Positions 20,285 through 30,036 of a stretch of 64,000 nucleotides of DNA are shown one piece after another; the first letter of the stretch is position 1; every line of letters begins with the position of its first letter. The notes beneath the pieces were generated by a model that did no database searches, had not been told where the DNA came from, and saw only the letters and a list, made by a program, of their open reading frames with translations. This stretch comes from Candidatus Methanomethylophilaceae archaeon (lineage in GTDB: Archaea > Thermoplasmatota > Thermoplasmata > Methanomassiliicoccales > Methanomethylophilaceae): the NCBI GenBank assembly GCA_944320495.1, contig CALUHR010000006.1:1-64000 (forward strand). Direction: 5' to 3'. Made by a program: the position numbers and the translations under genes.

Positions 20285-20994
20285 CTCGAACGCCCCCGGT
20301 CACGTTTCACTAGGACTGTCGGGCATGGCTCTGTATGATTTCAATGATTCCCACGCATCGGTAAACTGTTGTCGGATCGGATCATGTTGGGGGTATGTTC
20401 AGGATGTTGTGCCGGTGGTCCTAATGTTTGTCAAAGGAGAACTACAATACATCATCGATGGCTAAAATACATTTAAATATTCAGTGGAGGATTCATTCCT
20501 CAGAACTATGTCGGCTCCGTTGCTGCGGAGCCGCGGCCTCATAGAGGCCTATGTTTGGCCGTTGATCACTCAACGGCGATCTCTATGACCAGTCCAAAGA
20601 TGGTCACAGAGACCCGGAGGTATATCCTCATGTTGAGGAAGTTAAGATGCATTTGGATTCCTCCTGCCGGCTGGAGTTCGGAGACCAGCCGGCAACTCCT
20701 CACCTCGGCCACTGTATTATGAACCGAACCGTCTGTGCAAGTATGCATGTATATCCTTAGAATCGAAGGATCCTCACGGATAGACCTCGGCGCAACTCGA
20801 CAACGTCAGGACGGGAACACAGCTCGGGGACAGGGCAGGAAGCGCGTTATGGCGGTTCGGGCGGACGGTCTGCTACGAGACCGTGTTCTCCGACAAGGGT
20901 CCGGTGGTGGTGTCCGAGACCATCACGTCGTACCCTGACAACATGGGCGCCATACACCGAATCCGATATCCGTCCGAACGGCATCCCCCCACCC

Positions 20995-21363
20995 ATGCAG
21001 GATGATTCCGTCACCTCCATGGACGACCTCAAGGCCGTCGTCCGCGGGTTCTGCGAGGAACGCGACTGGGACCAGTTCCATGACCCGAAGGATCTGGCGA
21101 TAGGCATGGTCACCGAGGCCTCCGAGCTCCTGCAGCTCTTCCGTTTCAAGACTCCTGACCAGTGCCGTGCCATGGTCTCCGACCCGGACCGCTCAATGGA
21201 CGTCAGGGACGAGCTCGCCGACGTGCTCTACTTCGTCCTGCGCTTCGCCGACATGAACGGCATCGACCTGAGCACCGAGCTCAGGCGCAAGGTGGGGATC
21301 GATGCTGAGAAGTATCCAGTGGAGAGGAGCCGCGGGTCCAATCTGAAGTACGACGAGTTCTGA
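20995..21363 (+). CDS. MazG-like nucleotide pyrophosphohydrolase
   Basis: ERDWDQFH.PKDLA, EASEL, DELADV, KYP. Confidence 0.92.
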   Translation: MQDDSVTSMDDLKAVVRGFCEERDWDQFHDPKDLAIGMVTEASELLQLFRFKTPDQCRAMVSDPDRSMDVRDELADVLYFVLRFADMNGIDLSTELRRKVGIDAEKYPVERSRGSNLKYDEF

Positions 21364-21489
21364 TTCCATTCAGGTGTCGATGTTTCAGTCCGAGGCCTCA
21401 TCCCAAAGAGATTTTGCCAACCTCTAAATAATGAATTACATATAGTCACCTAAATCTTCTGGTGATATCTCGATGTCACCAGATTATGG

Positions 21490-21966
21490 GTGACAGACAT
21501 GAGCGGAAAGGCATTGATAGCGTACTTCTCGGCAACCGGCACCACCGCCGACGTCGCCAGGGGGATGGCCGACGTGACCGGGGCGGACCTGTTCGAGATA
21601 CGCCCGGAGGCCCCTTACTCCGAGGCCGATCTGGACTGGACCAACAAGAAGAGCCGCAGCAGCGTCGAGATGGGGGACGAGTCCTGCCGTCCGCCGATGG
21701 CCGGAACGATGGACGTCTCCGGTTATGACACCATCCTGCTGGGATTCCCCGTCTGGTGGTACGTGGAGCCGCGCATCGTCGACACGTTCCTCGACTCCTG
21801 TGACCTCTCCGGGAAGACCGTCGTCCCCTTCGCCACCTCCGGCGGAAGTGGCATCGAGAAGTGCCAGAGCCATCTCGAGAGGCTGTATCCTCAGGCCTCA
21901 TGGGGGAAGGGGAGGCTGGTGAACTCCGGCGGAGCCGAATGGGCAAAGGACGTCCTGGGGGAGTGA
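21490..21966 (+). CDS. Flavodoxin
   Basis: AYFSATGTT, YSEADLDW, GFPVWWY, PFATSGGSG. Confidence 0.92.
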   Translation: MTDMSGKALIAYFSATGTTADVARGMADVTGADLFEIRPEAPYSEADLDWTNKKSRSSVEMGDESCRPPMAGTMDVSGYDTILLGFPVWWYVEPRIVDTFLDSCDLSGKTVVPFATSGGSGIEKCQSHLERLYPQASWGKGRLVNSGGAEWAKDVLGE

Positions 21967-21969
21967 GTC

Positions 21970-22860
21970 TTGGCATCGAAGGTCTATCTGCTGAGGGAGA
22001 CCACCCCGGAAGCGGTCGTCAGGGCGTACGACGCGCTAGGCATATCCCTTCCCGGCAAGGTCGCCGTGAAGATCCACTCCGGCGAGCAGGGGAACACCAA
22101 CTTCATGCGCCCCGAGTTCTGGAAGCCGATGGTCGATAAGGTCGACGGCACAGTCGTCGAATGCAACACCGCCTATGGGGACAAGTTCGGCGGGGTCCGC
22201 GACAACACGGAGTCCCACCTCAGGCTCCTGAGGGAGCATGGCTGGACGGACGCGTTCGATGTGGACCTAATGGACGCCGAGGGTCCCGACCTCCGCTGGG
22301 AGATCCCCGACGGGAGGGTTCTGAAGAGCAATCTCGTCGGAAAGAACATAGTGAACTATGACTCGATGCTCGTGCTGGCACATTTCAAGGGACATCCCAT
22401 GGGAGGGTATGGAGGGGCGCTGAAGCAGCTGTCCATCGGATGTGCCTCGCGCGCCGGCAAGGCGTTGATCCATTCCGGCGGCGCGTCCGATGACAACATC
22501 GGGGCCTGGGACGTACACGCGGACTCCGTCAGGTTCCCCGAGGCCATGGCCGATGCGGCGGCGAGCGTCGTCAGGCACTTCGGCGGCAACATCGCCTACG
22601 TGAACGCCATGATCAACCTCTCGGTGGACTGCGACTGCGTCATCCATCCGGAGGCCCCTTGCATGGGGGACGTCGGTGTGCTGGCATCCCTGGACCCGGT
22701 GGCGATCGACCAGGCCTGCATGGACCTCGTGATGAACTCGGACGACCCTGGACGCGACCACTTCATGGAGAGGGTCAACAGCCGCAACGGCATCCACACC
22801 ATCGAGGCGGCGGCCGATCTGGGCATCGGCTCCCGCGAATACGAGCTCATCGAACTATGA
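21970..22860 (+). CDS. DUF362-family Fe-S protein
   Basis: VAVKIHSGE, ECNTAY, HFKGHPMGGYGGALKQLSIG, SVDCDC, DPVAIDQA; TTG start. Confidence 0.88.
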   Translation: MASKVYLLRETTPEAVVRAYDALGISLPGKVAVKIHSGEQGNTNFMRPEFWKPMVDKVDGTVVECNTAYGDKFGGVRDNTESHLRLLREHGWTDAFDVDLMDAEGPDLRWEIPDGRVLKSNLVGKNIVNYDSMLVLAHFKGHPMGGYGGALKQLSIGCASRAGKALIHSGGASDDNIGAWDVHADSVRFPEAMADAAASVVRHFGGNIAYVNAMINLSVDCDCVIHPEAPCMGDVGVLASLDPVAIDQACMDLVMNSDDPGRDHFMERVNSRNGIHTIEAAADLGIGSREYELIEL

Positions 22861-23106
22861 AACCGATCGCGGACGGCCTTCGACGGGCCGTCCGCGTATT
22901 CGAGGGCGTGTCGCATCCCCGATTCAGGACTCTTGGAGAACAGAGGGATCGGCAACTCAGAAAAAATGGAAGACCACTGGGTTTGTGGCTCAGTTTTCTC
23001 GTCTCTCCGACATACCCAGACTCGTGCATCTGGATCCATGTCGGATTTGCGGTGAGATGAGGCGTCCGGCGACACAATCAAGGTCCGATGTCCCATCCCG
23101 TCACAC

Positions 23107-23451
23107 ATGACGTCCGTCATCTTCGTCCGCATGAACACCTGCCAGAGATACGCTAGGGTGGCCGTCTCCAGGCGTGACGACGGGGACATGGACGTGAGGA
23201 TCGAATCGGACTGCGATAACATCGTCGAATATGCCAGGCGTCTCCCGGCGATATCGGACATGGACGTTCTGGATCCCGGCAGCGGACGCATCTTCGACTC
23301 CGAGGTCCGCGGACCGCTGACCCCCACGTGCCTCTGCCCCATGGGAGTGATCTATGCAGCATCGATGGAGATGGGCCTGATGACAAAGCGCATCTCGGAG
23401 GCCGTGTCCTCGGACCAGATCGACCTCACGCACTGCACGGAGGAGGATCGA
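23107..23451 (+). CDS. Hypothetical methanogen-type protein (ends at CGA; TGA 8 codons later)
   Basis: C...IESDC...TCLCP.G Cys pattern; host codon bias. Confidence 0.6.
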
Positions 23452-23494
23452 TGCGGGCATGTCCGGCCCTTCTGAAAAGTCGGAAGTCGTTTGA

Positions 23495-23514
23495 GGAGGG
23501 CCCTAGGGCCCTCC
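23495..23514. terminator. Perfect 20-bp palindrome between convergent genes
   Basis: GGAGGGCCCTAGGGCCCTCC; bidirectional-terminator role is inference. Confidence 0.55.
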
Positions 23515-23517
23515 AGT

Positions 23518-26500
23518 TCAGTCGGTCACGACCCTCACGACGCTGCCCTCGCGGGTCCTGGTTACCTCGACCTTGCGGTCAATGCGCTCCCTGAGCAGGT
23601 CCACGTGTGAGATCACGCCGACCATCACGTCCCCTGCCATCAGTCCTTCGAGCACGCGTATGGCCTGCTGAAGGGAGTCCGCGTCCAGGGACCCGAACCC
23701 CTCGTCGATGAAGAGGGTCTCCACCCTGATCCCTCCGGCTGACATCTGGACCGCGTCCGACAGACCCAGCGCCAGCGAGAGGGCTGCCTTGAAGGACTCC
23801 CCGCCGGAGAGGGACTTCACGCTCCTCGTCTTCCCGGTGTGGTTGTCCACCACGTCGATGTCCAGGGCGCTCTGGGACCTGTTGTCGGCGTCGCGTCTGC
23901 GCACCAGCTCGTACCTCCCTCCGGACATCTCCGCCAGCCTGCGGTTCGCGTGCACGAGCACGCGGTCGAAGTAGGCGGTCTGGATGTACTGCTCGAACTG
24001 GACCTTCCTGGTGCCGGCCAGCTTCCCGTTGGCCACGTCGCTCATCAGCTGGACGTCGTTGAGCTCCCTCTCGCACGCCTCGAGCTTCGCAGTTCTGTCC
24101 TCGAGGAAGTCCAGCACGGACCTGTTCGTGTCCAGTCTTCTTGAGACCGCGTTCTGGCGGTTCTCCGCTACGGTCTTCGCCTCCATGGCCGCGTCCACCG
24201 CCCCGCGGAGGGCGTCGATGTCCGGACGATCCATGTCCTGGAGCTCCGACTCCAGGCGGACGACTGCGTCGGATGCGGACCTGACCGCGGCGGCGTGATC
24301 TTCGATGGTCCTGCTGGCGGCGACGGTGTCGAACTCCGCGAGGGAGTCCAGCTCGCCCTCGGCCATCGAAATGGACGAGAGCATCCCGTCGAGTTCCGAC
24401 CTGTCCTGCCGTATGGCTGGCTCCAGCTCCGATACGCGTTCCGCATATCCGGAGGCCTCCGCCTCTGCGGACGCGAGCTCCACGGAGAGGCGTCCGGCCG
24501 CCTCGTCCGCCTCCGCCGATTCCATTTTCGCGACGGCGATCGAACGACGGTGCGACTCCAGGGTCCTCCTGGCGGTCGCGGCGTCGGGGAACTCCAGGGA
24601 CTGTCTCAGGGAAGCGAGCTCCGATTCCAGGGATGCGATGCGGATGCCGGCTTCGCCGGCGACGGCCTTGGCAGCCTCCAGACTCTCCCTGGAAGATGCC
24701 AGGACCCTCTCACGTTCCGCGAGCTCCTCTTTGGCGTCCTCGATGCTCTTGATCACGGCCACCGCCTCGGAGACCGCCATCCGGGCGCCCCTCGCGGCAT
24801 CGCCGGCCTCGGAGCACAGGCGGTCCAGTGCTTCGGCCTGCCCCTCGGCGTCAGAATCGGTGCCGGTGTATTCGGACACTCTCACGAGCATGGAGCGTAG
24901 CTCCGCCCTGGCCGTGGCAAGGGATGAGGCCAGCTCCGACCTCTCGGAGTCGCTTTCACCCTTCCGCTTGCGGAGCGACTTCAGGCGGGATTCCGTGGAC
25001 ACCTCTGGGGGTGCCACTGCGGGCGACGGGTGGTGCACGGATCCGCAGACCGGGCAGGGGACGCCCTCGGAGAGGGACGACGCCAGGATGCCGGCCTGGG
25101 ACCTGAGGAACAGCGATTCCGCATCCTCCAGCTCGGCGGCCAGCCTGGTCGACTCCGTGTCGATGTCTGCGAACCTGGCCTCCATGCCCTCGATGGCGCG
25201 GGCTGAATCGATGCATCTGACGGCGAGGGCCCTGGCCTCCTCCAGCGTCCTGATCCTCTCCTCCGCGGCTGCGCAGTCCCTGCGGGCCGCCTCCAGCCTC
25301 GCCCCCGCATCCGGCGACCCTTCGATCGCGGGGCGCAGCCTAGCGATCCCCGCTTCGGACTCGGATACGCTGTCGGACGCCGATTTTATGTCCTCAGCTG
25401 CCCTCTCCGCAGCCGTCCTGGCCTCAGACAGTTCGTTCTCGATCTCTGCGACCCTGTCGTAGGACGGCAGGGACCTCTCGATCCTGTCGCATATCGGGAT
25501 GAGTGCCTCGGTCTCGGCCATGGCGGCCATTGCCGCCTCCTGTCTCGCCGCCGCGGTCTCGAGCTTCGCCTTGGCGGTCGCCACCCTCTCTTCGGTAGAT
25601 TCCAGCGATGAGCGCACGGCCGCGAGGTCCGCCTCCCTGGTCCTAAGTCTGTCCCTCACAGACACCAGCGGCGCGATCCCAGAGGCCCTGTCCCTCCTCA
25701 CCGCCAGCTCCGATATCTCCGCATCCTCAGCGCGCAGCCTTTCCAGCTGCGCGAGGGATTCGGTGAGCTGGTCGAACCTGGATGCGACGGTCTCGGCGCG
25801 GGTGACCGCTTCGATGGCCCCGCGGTGCGCCTCCTCGAGCCTCTCACGCTCGGCCGATATCGCGGAGATCTCCGCCTCGCCGGCCATCACTGCTCTTCCG
25901 AGGATGTCCCTGGCGGCGTCCCTGGTGACGGACGTCAGGTCCTCGTCCACCTGGGCGGTCCCGAGCCTCTCGTCGATGTCCCTCGAGTACCCGTTGTATA
26001 CATCGCGCTTCTCCCTGCAGATCTCGTCCAACCTGTCCTGTATGACCTTGAAGCGGTCGGTGGAGAACAAGGTCCTCAGAATCTCCGTGCGCTCCCTGCT
26101 GTCGGTGTCCAGGAGCTTCACGAACTCGCCCTGGGCGAGCATGGAGACCTGTTTCCACTGGTCCGCGTCCATGCCGAGTATCTCTGTCACGCGGGCGGTG
26201 ACCTCCTTCGGCTTCGAGAGCGTTGGACTCCCGTCCTCGAACAGTTCGGCCTTGGCCGTCTCCGTCGTCACGTTCCCCCTGCGGTTCACCCTGCCGTACG
26301 GGGGCTCCCTGTGGACCACGTACCTCCTGCCGCGGTGCTCGAACTCCAGCTCCACCCAGGGCTTCGTATCGGTGATGTCGCTGCGGAGCATCCCCTGGTC
26401 CCTGCGGCCGCCGCTGGTCTCGCCGAAGAGGGCGTAGCACATCGCGTCGAAGATCATCGTCTTGCCGGCCCCGGTGCTGCCTGTGATCAGGAACAGCCCC

Positions 26501-26580
26501 CTGTCCAGCCTCGAGAAGTCTATGTCAGTGCGCTCCGCGTACGGGCCGAAGGCCTCCATGGATAGGCGGAGCGGCTTCAT
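23518..26580 (-). CDS. sbcC: SbcC SMC-family ATPase
   Basis: AFGPY, GSTGAGKT, coiled coil with CPVCG hook, LSGGE, FIDEGFGSLD, ISH. Confidence 0.95.
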   Translation of the reverse strand: MKPLRLSMEAFGPYAERTDIDFSRLDRGLFLITGSTGAGKTMIFDAMCYALFGETSGGRRDQGMLRSDITDTKPWVELEFEHRGRRYVVHREPPYGRVNRRGNVTTETAKAELFEDGSPTLSKPKEVTARVTEILGMDADQWKQVSMLAQGEFVKLLDTDSRERTEILRTLFSTDRFKVIQDRLDEICREKRDVYNGYSRDIDERLGTAQVDEDLTSVTRDAARDILGRAVMAGEAEISAISAERERLEEAHRGAIEAVTRAETVASRFDQLTESLAQLERLRAEDAEISELAVRRDRASGIAPLVSVRDRLRTREADLAAVRSSLESTEERVATAKAKLETAAARQEAAMAAMAETEALIPICDRIERSLPSYDRVAEIENELSEARTAAERAAEDIKSASDSVSESEAGIARLRPAIEGSPDAGARLEAARRDCAAAEERIRTLEEARALAVRCIDSARAIEGMEARFADIDTESTRLAAELEDAESLFLRSQAGILASSLSEGVPCPVCGSVHHPSPAVAPPEVSTESRLKSLRKRKGESDSERSELASSLATARAELRSMLVRVSEYTGTDSDAEGQAEALDRLCSEAGDAARGARMAVSEAVAVIKSIEDAKEELAERERVLASSRESLEAAKAVAGEAGIRIASLESELASLRQSLEFPDAATARRTLESHRRSIAVAKMESAEADEAAGRLSVELASAEAEASGYAERVSELEPAIRQDRSELDGMLSSISMAEGELDSLAEFDTVAASRTIEDHAAAVRSASDAVVRLESELQDMDRPDIDALRGAVDAAMEAKTVAENRQNAVSRRLDTNRSVLDFLEDRTAKLEACERELNDVQLMSDVANGKLAGTRKVQFEQYIQTAYFDRVLVHANRRLAEMSGGRYELVRRRDADNRSQSALDIDVVDNHTGKTRSVKSLSGGESFKAALSLALGLSDAVQMSAGGIRVETLFIDEGFGSLDADSLQQAIRVLEGLMAGDVMVGVISHVDLLRERIDRKVEVTRTREGSVVRVVTD

Positions 26581-27701
26581 TCCGCATCCCTCCCCACGAG
26601 CTCGGCGCATCCGGCCAGCAGCTCCCTCTGATACGGCGTCAGCTCCGTGCCGGTCATCTCCTCGTAGAATCTGGAGAACCGCGTCTCCACCGACTCCTTC
26701 GCCAGGGCCTCCCCCGGGGCGTCCTCGCGGGGATCGGTCTCCACCAGCATCTCGTAGGATATCTCCAGGATGTTGGGGTACGCCCTGCGCAGCTCCTCCA
26801 CGCCCGCAGGGCGGTCGGTGAGGCGTACGTACACGTAGTCCTCCCTCTCCGGCCCCTCCCTGGGTGCGGCGTCGACGATCTCCCGGAGGGTGCCCTTGAG
26901 CACCCTCATGTCGCGGAGGGGCTCCACGGAGACCGTGCGGACCGACACCCCATCATCGCACACATCGACGACGGTGACGCTCTTGTCCGTTCTGGCCTCC
27001 GACGCCGAGTACTTCAGCGGAGACCCCGAGTATCTCACTGTGTCCCTGCCCACGCCCTGCGGCAGATGCAGATGCCCCAGAGCCACGTAGTCGAACGCGT
27101 CCAGCATGTCTGCCGGAATGTAGGACAGTACTCCCACGTCGGGGACCTGGTCCTCCGAATCGGAGGTCTCCGGCGGAGCCCTGCCGATGAAGAACTGGTG
27201 CGCCACGAGCACGTTCGTCCTCGACGGGTCGATCTCCGCCCTAGCGAGCATCCACGCCATGGCGTCCGTGTAGGTGTCTATCGGAGCATCTGCGATAGCC
27301 CTCACCTCGGAGACCCTGAAGAAGGGCAGCAGCCAGAAGTCCGCCTCGCCCACGGGAACCCGCTCCATCACGCCTCCGAACCGTCCCGCTATGTGCACGC
27401 CGCTCCTCCCCAGCAGCCCGTCGCAGTACCCGAGCCTTGCACCGGAGTCATGGTTCCCGGCGATGACCAGCACGTCCGGCACGATGCCGCTGACCCGGTC
27501 GAGGAACTCCCCGAACATGGTGACCGCCTCCTCCGAGGGTACGGCCCTGTCGAACACGTCGCCGGCTATGACGAGGGCATCGGGCCGTTCCTCGGACGCG
27601 ATCCGCGCAATCTCGTCCAGCATGTGCCGCTGGTCGTCGCCGAGCGGCGTCTCGTGTATCCTCTTCCCCAGATGCAGGTCCGATGTGTGCAGGATCTTCA
27701 T
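26577..27701 (-). CDS. sbcD: SbcD nuclease
   Basis: HTSDLHLG, IAGDVFD, AGNHDS, AHQF, ALGHLH, YSGSPLKYS. Confidence 0.95.
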   Translation of the reverse strand: MKILHTSDLHLGKRIHETPLGDDQRHMLDEIARIASEERPDALVIAGDVFDRAVPSEEAVTMFGEFLDRVSGIVPDVLVIAGNHDSGARLGYCDGLLGRSGVHIAGRFGGVMERVPVGEADFWLLPFFRVSEVRAIADAPIDTYTDAMAWMLARAEIDPSRTNVLVAHQFFIGRAPPETSDSEDQVPDVGVLSYIPADMLDAFDYVALGHLHLPQGVGRDTVRYSGSPLKYSASEARTDKSVTVVDVCDDGVSVRTVSVEPLRDMRVLKGTLREIVDAAPREGPEREDYVYVRLTDRPAGVEELRRAYPNILEISYEMLVETDPREDAPGEALAKESVETRFSRFYEEMTGTELTPYQRELLAGCAELVGRDAE

Positions 27702-27829
27702 GTTCTCCCTCCTGTAGGCGGAGGCTCCGCCCAATGTATTGGGAGATGGTTTGACTGTATATAACATTTACATTTTTTGTAAAATCGTGACAATAAGTGT
27801 AATATACACTTCTCACTCTTTACACATCC

Positions 27830-28327
27830 ATGGGAGCAGGGCCGGTGCGCGTGCAGGATGCCGTGAAGACGGCGTGCTCGCTCTCCTACGTGGCAGAGAA
27901 GCTCGGCATCTCCCGGCCCACGCTCTACCGTTACATGGACCTCTACGACGAGGGCGACGGTATGAGGATACCCTCAGGCGTCAGGGACCTGTTCGACTTC
28001 GTCACTTCTGCGAGGAGGAGCGAGGAGGACGTTATCATGTACTTCATGAGGCGCCCCCAGCCCGGCAAGGCCCCGGAGCCCCGGGTTCGCATAGCGACCG
28101 GCGGAGGTCGCGTCATGGTCATGTTCCCTGATGCGGATCCAGACGACGTCGTTGTGCGTATATTCACGGACTTCGACGGGGTGCGCGAGGAGATCGGGGA
28201 GTACGTCCCGGAGTCGGGGAGGAAGTATGTCACGGTGGACGACCTGATCCCGGGCACCGAGTTCTACCTCGAGGTTGTGTCCGGCGGTGTCAGCACGGGA
28301 CAGATAAGGTTCGACGTTCAGGGGCGA
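27830..28327 (+). CDS. HTH-domain hypothetical protein (ends at CGA; TGA 12 codons later)
   Basis: LSYVAEKLGISRPTLYRYM HTH; beta-rich C-terminus. Confidence 0.65.
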
Positions 28328-28576
28328 GAACCGGGCGGCAAGGGGTTGTGCAGGTATAGGTGAGAAAGCAGAGCCGCCCGTGCCCCGGTACGTTACCGCA
28401 TGCGTCCACCTCCGTGATGGCGCGGAGAGCGGATGGGATGAATCGCCGGATGCAGATGGAACTGCCTTTCGGCCCTGTGTCCGACATTCCGCGCCATGGA
28501 TCCGACGTGGTCGGGTACGGTATTAAAGGGCGAGCGTCAGTGCAAGTATGCATGAATACTATTGGATGTGTATTAC

Positions 28577-29035
28577 TCACATCTTCTGTAGTTCGAGCAG
28601 AGCGACCCTCTCGATCGCCTGGTCCTCGGACGGAAGGAACGGATCCGTCAGACCCAGCTCCTGCGCCTTCTCGGGCGTGGCGTCCAGGAGCGAGTCGTCG
28701 CGGACCATGCCGATGGCATTCAGACAGGGGTCGTCCACATCCACGAGCACTGCCGCATATTCCGATGACCCCTCGGGCGGCCTCATACGCCTCAGGGCCT
28801 TCCCGATCTGCCTCTCCCAGGCGGCGTACATGATGATCTCGGTCAGCACCGAATCGGACCTGTTGGTCCCCTCGGCGAACGCCCTCTCGCCGTGGAGGGC
28901 TGCCGACATGAGGTGGCCGGCGCCGGCAATCTTCGATGGGTCCACGAGCACGCAGTCCCCTCCGAGTGAGCGGAAGTGCTCCACAAGGCGGTCGAATCCC
29001 GCGTCACCCCTCAAGCCCATGACCTGGAAGCGCAT
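28577..29035 (-). CDS. cgi121: KEOPS complex subunit Cgi121
   Basis: HL.SA..H..RAF..G.NRS, EII.YAA.ERQI.KA, ERVALL. Confidence 0.88.
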   Translation of the reverse strand: MRFQVMGLRGDAGFDRLVEHFRSLGGDCVLVDPSKIAGAGHLMSAALHGERAFAEGTNRSDSVLTEIIMYAAWERQIGKALRRMRPPEGSSEYAAVLVDVDDPCLNAIGMVRDDSLLDATPEKAQELGLTDPFLPSEDQAIERVALLELQKM

Positions 29036-29102
29036 GCCCGTCCATGCTGTCCTGTGATAATATTCTTAATGGATTCGTCGGTACGGAGGCAACGGAACGA
29101 TC

Positions 29103-30035
29103 ATGACCGACGAATGGATTCGTATTGCGGCGCCGGCGACTACATCTAACATTGGTGCGGGGTTCGATGTGTTCGGACTCGCCCTGCACGAGCCCTACGA
29201 CATCATCGAGGGAAGGAAGATCGACTCCGGCGTGGTCATCTCCGAGATCAGCGGACCAGGTTCCGAGAGCATCCCCACGGACCCCGAGAAGAACTCCGTG
29301 GGAATCGCCGCGGCAGAGGTCCTCCGCAGGTGCGAGGCCGATTTCGGCATCGAGCTGAGGATCAAGAAGGGCATCAGGCCCTGCAGCGGAATCGGGTCCT
29401 CAGGAGCATCCGCGGCAGGAGGGGCGTACGTCGCCCACATACTGTGCGGGGAGATGCTGTCCCCCAAGGAGCTCGTGCTCTGCGCCGCCCATGCCGAGGA
29501 TGTGACCTCCGGCGGGTTCCACGCTGACAACGTGGCCCCCTGCATCCTGGGAGGGTTCACCATCATCCGTTCCTACGAGCCCTTCGACGTCATGACGATC
29601 AAGCCCCCGGAGGATCTGGGGATCGTCATCGCCATGCCCGACGTCCTCGTCGCCACCAAGGAGGCCAGGGCCATCCTGCCCCACGAGGTCTCGGTCAAGG
29701 ACATGGTCTTCCAGATCGGGAACGCGGCATCGATGGTCTACGGTATGATGTCCGGCGACATGAAGGTCATCGCCAGGTCGGTCAACGATGCGTTCTCCGA
29801 GCCTCACAGGGCCCAGCTGGTCCCATACCTCAAGGAGGCCGAATCGGTCGCCAAGTCCAACGGCGCCATCGCGTCCTTCCTCGGAGGCTCCGGACCCTGC
29901 ATAATATCATTCTTCAACAAGAGCTCCCATGAGGGGGAGCACATCGCAGAGAGCATCCGTGCGATGTACGATGAGCACGAGATGAAGTGCGACACCTGGA
30001 TCACGGAGCCCGGCTCCGGTTGCAGGAGGATCTGA
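29103..30035 (+). CDS. thrB: Homoserine kinase
   Basis: APATTSNIGAGFDVFG, GIGSSGAS, HADNVAP, GGSGP. Confidence 0.95.
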   Translation: MTDEWIRIAAPATTSNIGAGFDVFGLALHEPYDIIEGRKIDSGVVISEISGPGSESIPTDPEKNSVGIAAAEVLRRCEADFGIELRIKKGIRPCSGIGSSGASAAGGAYVAHILCGEMLSPKELVLCAAHAEDVTSGGFHADNVAPCILGGFTIIRSYEPFDVMTIKPPEDLGIVIAMPDVLVATKEARAILPHEVSVKDMVFQIGNAASMVYGMMSGDMKVIARSVNDAFSEPHRAQLVPYLKEAESVAKSNGAIASFLGGSGPCIISFFNKSSHEGEHIAESIRAMYDEHEMKCDTWITEPGSGCRRI

Positions 30036-30036
30036 A

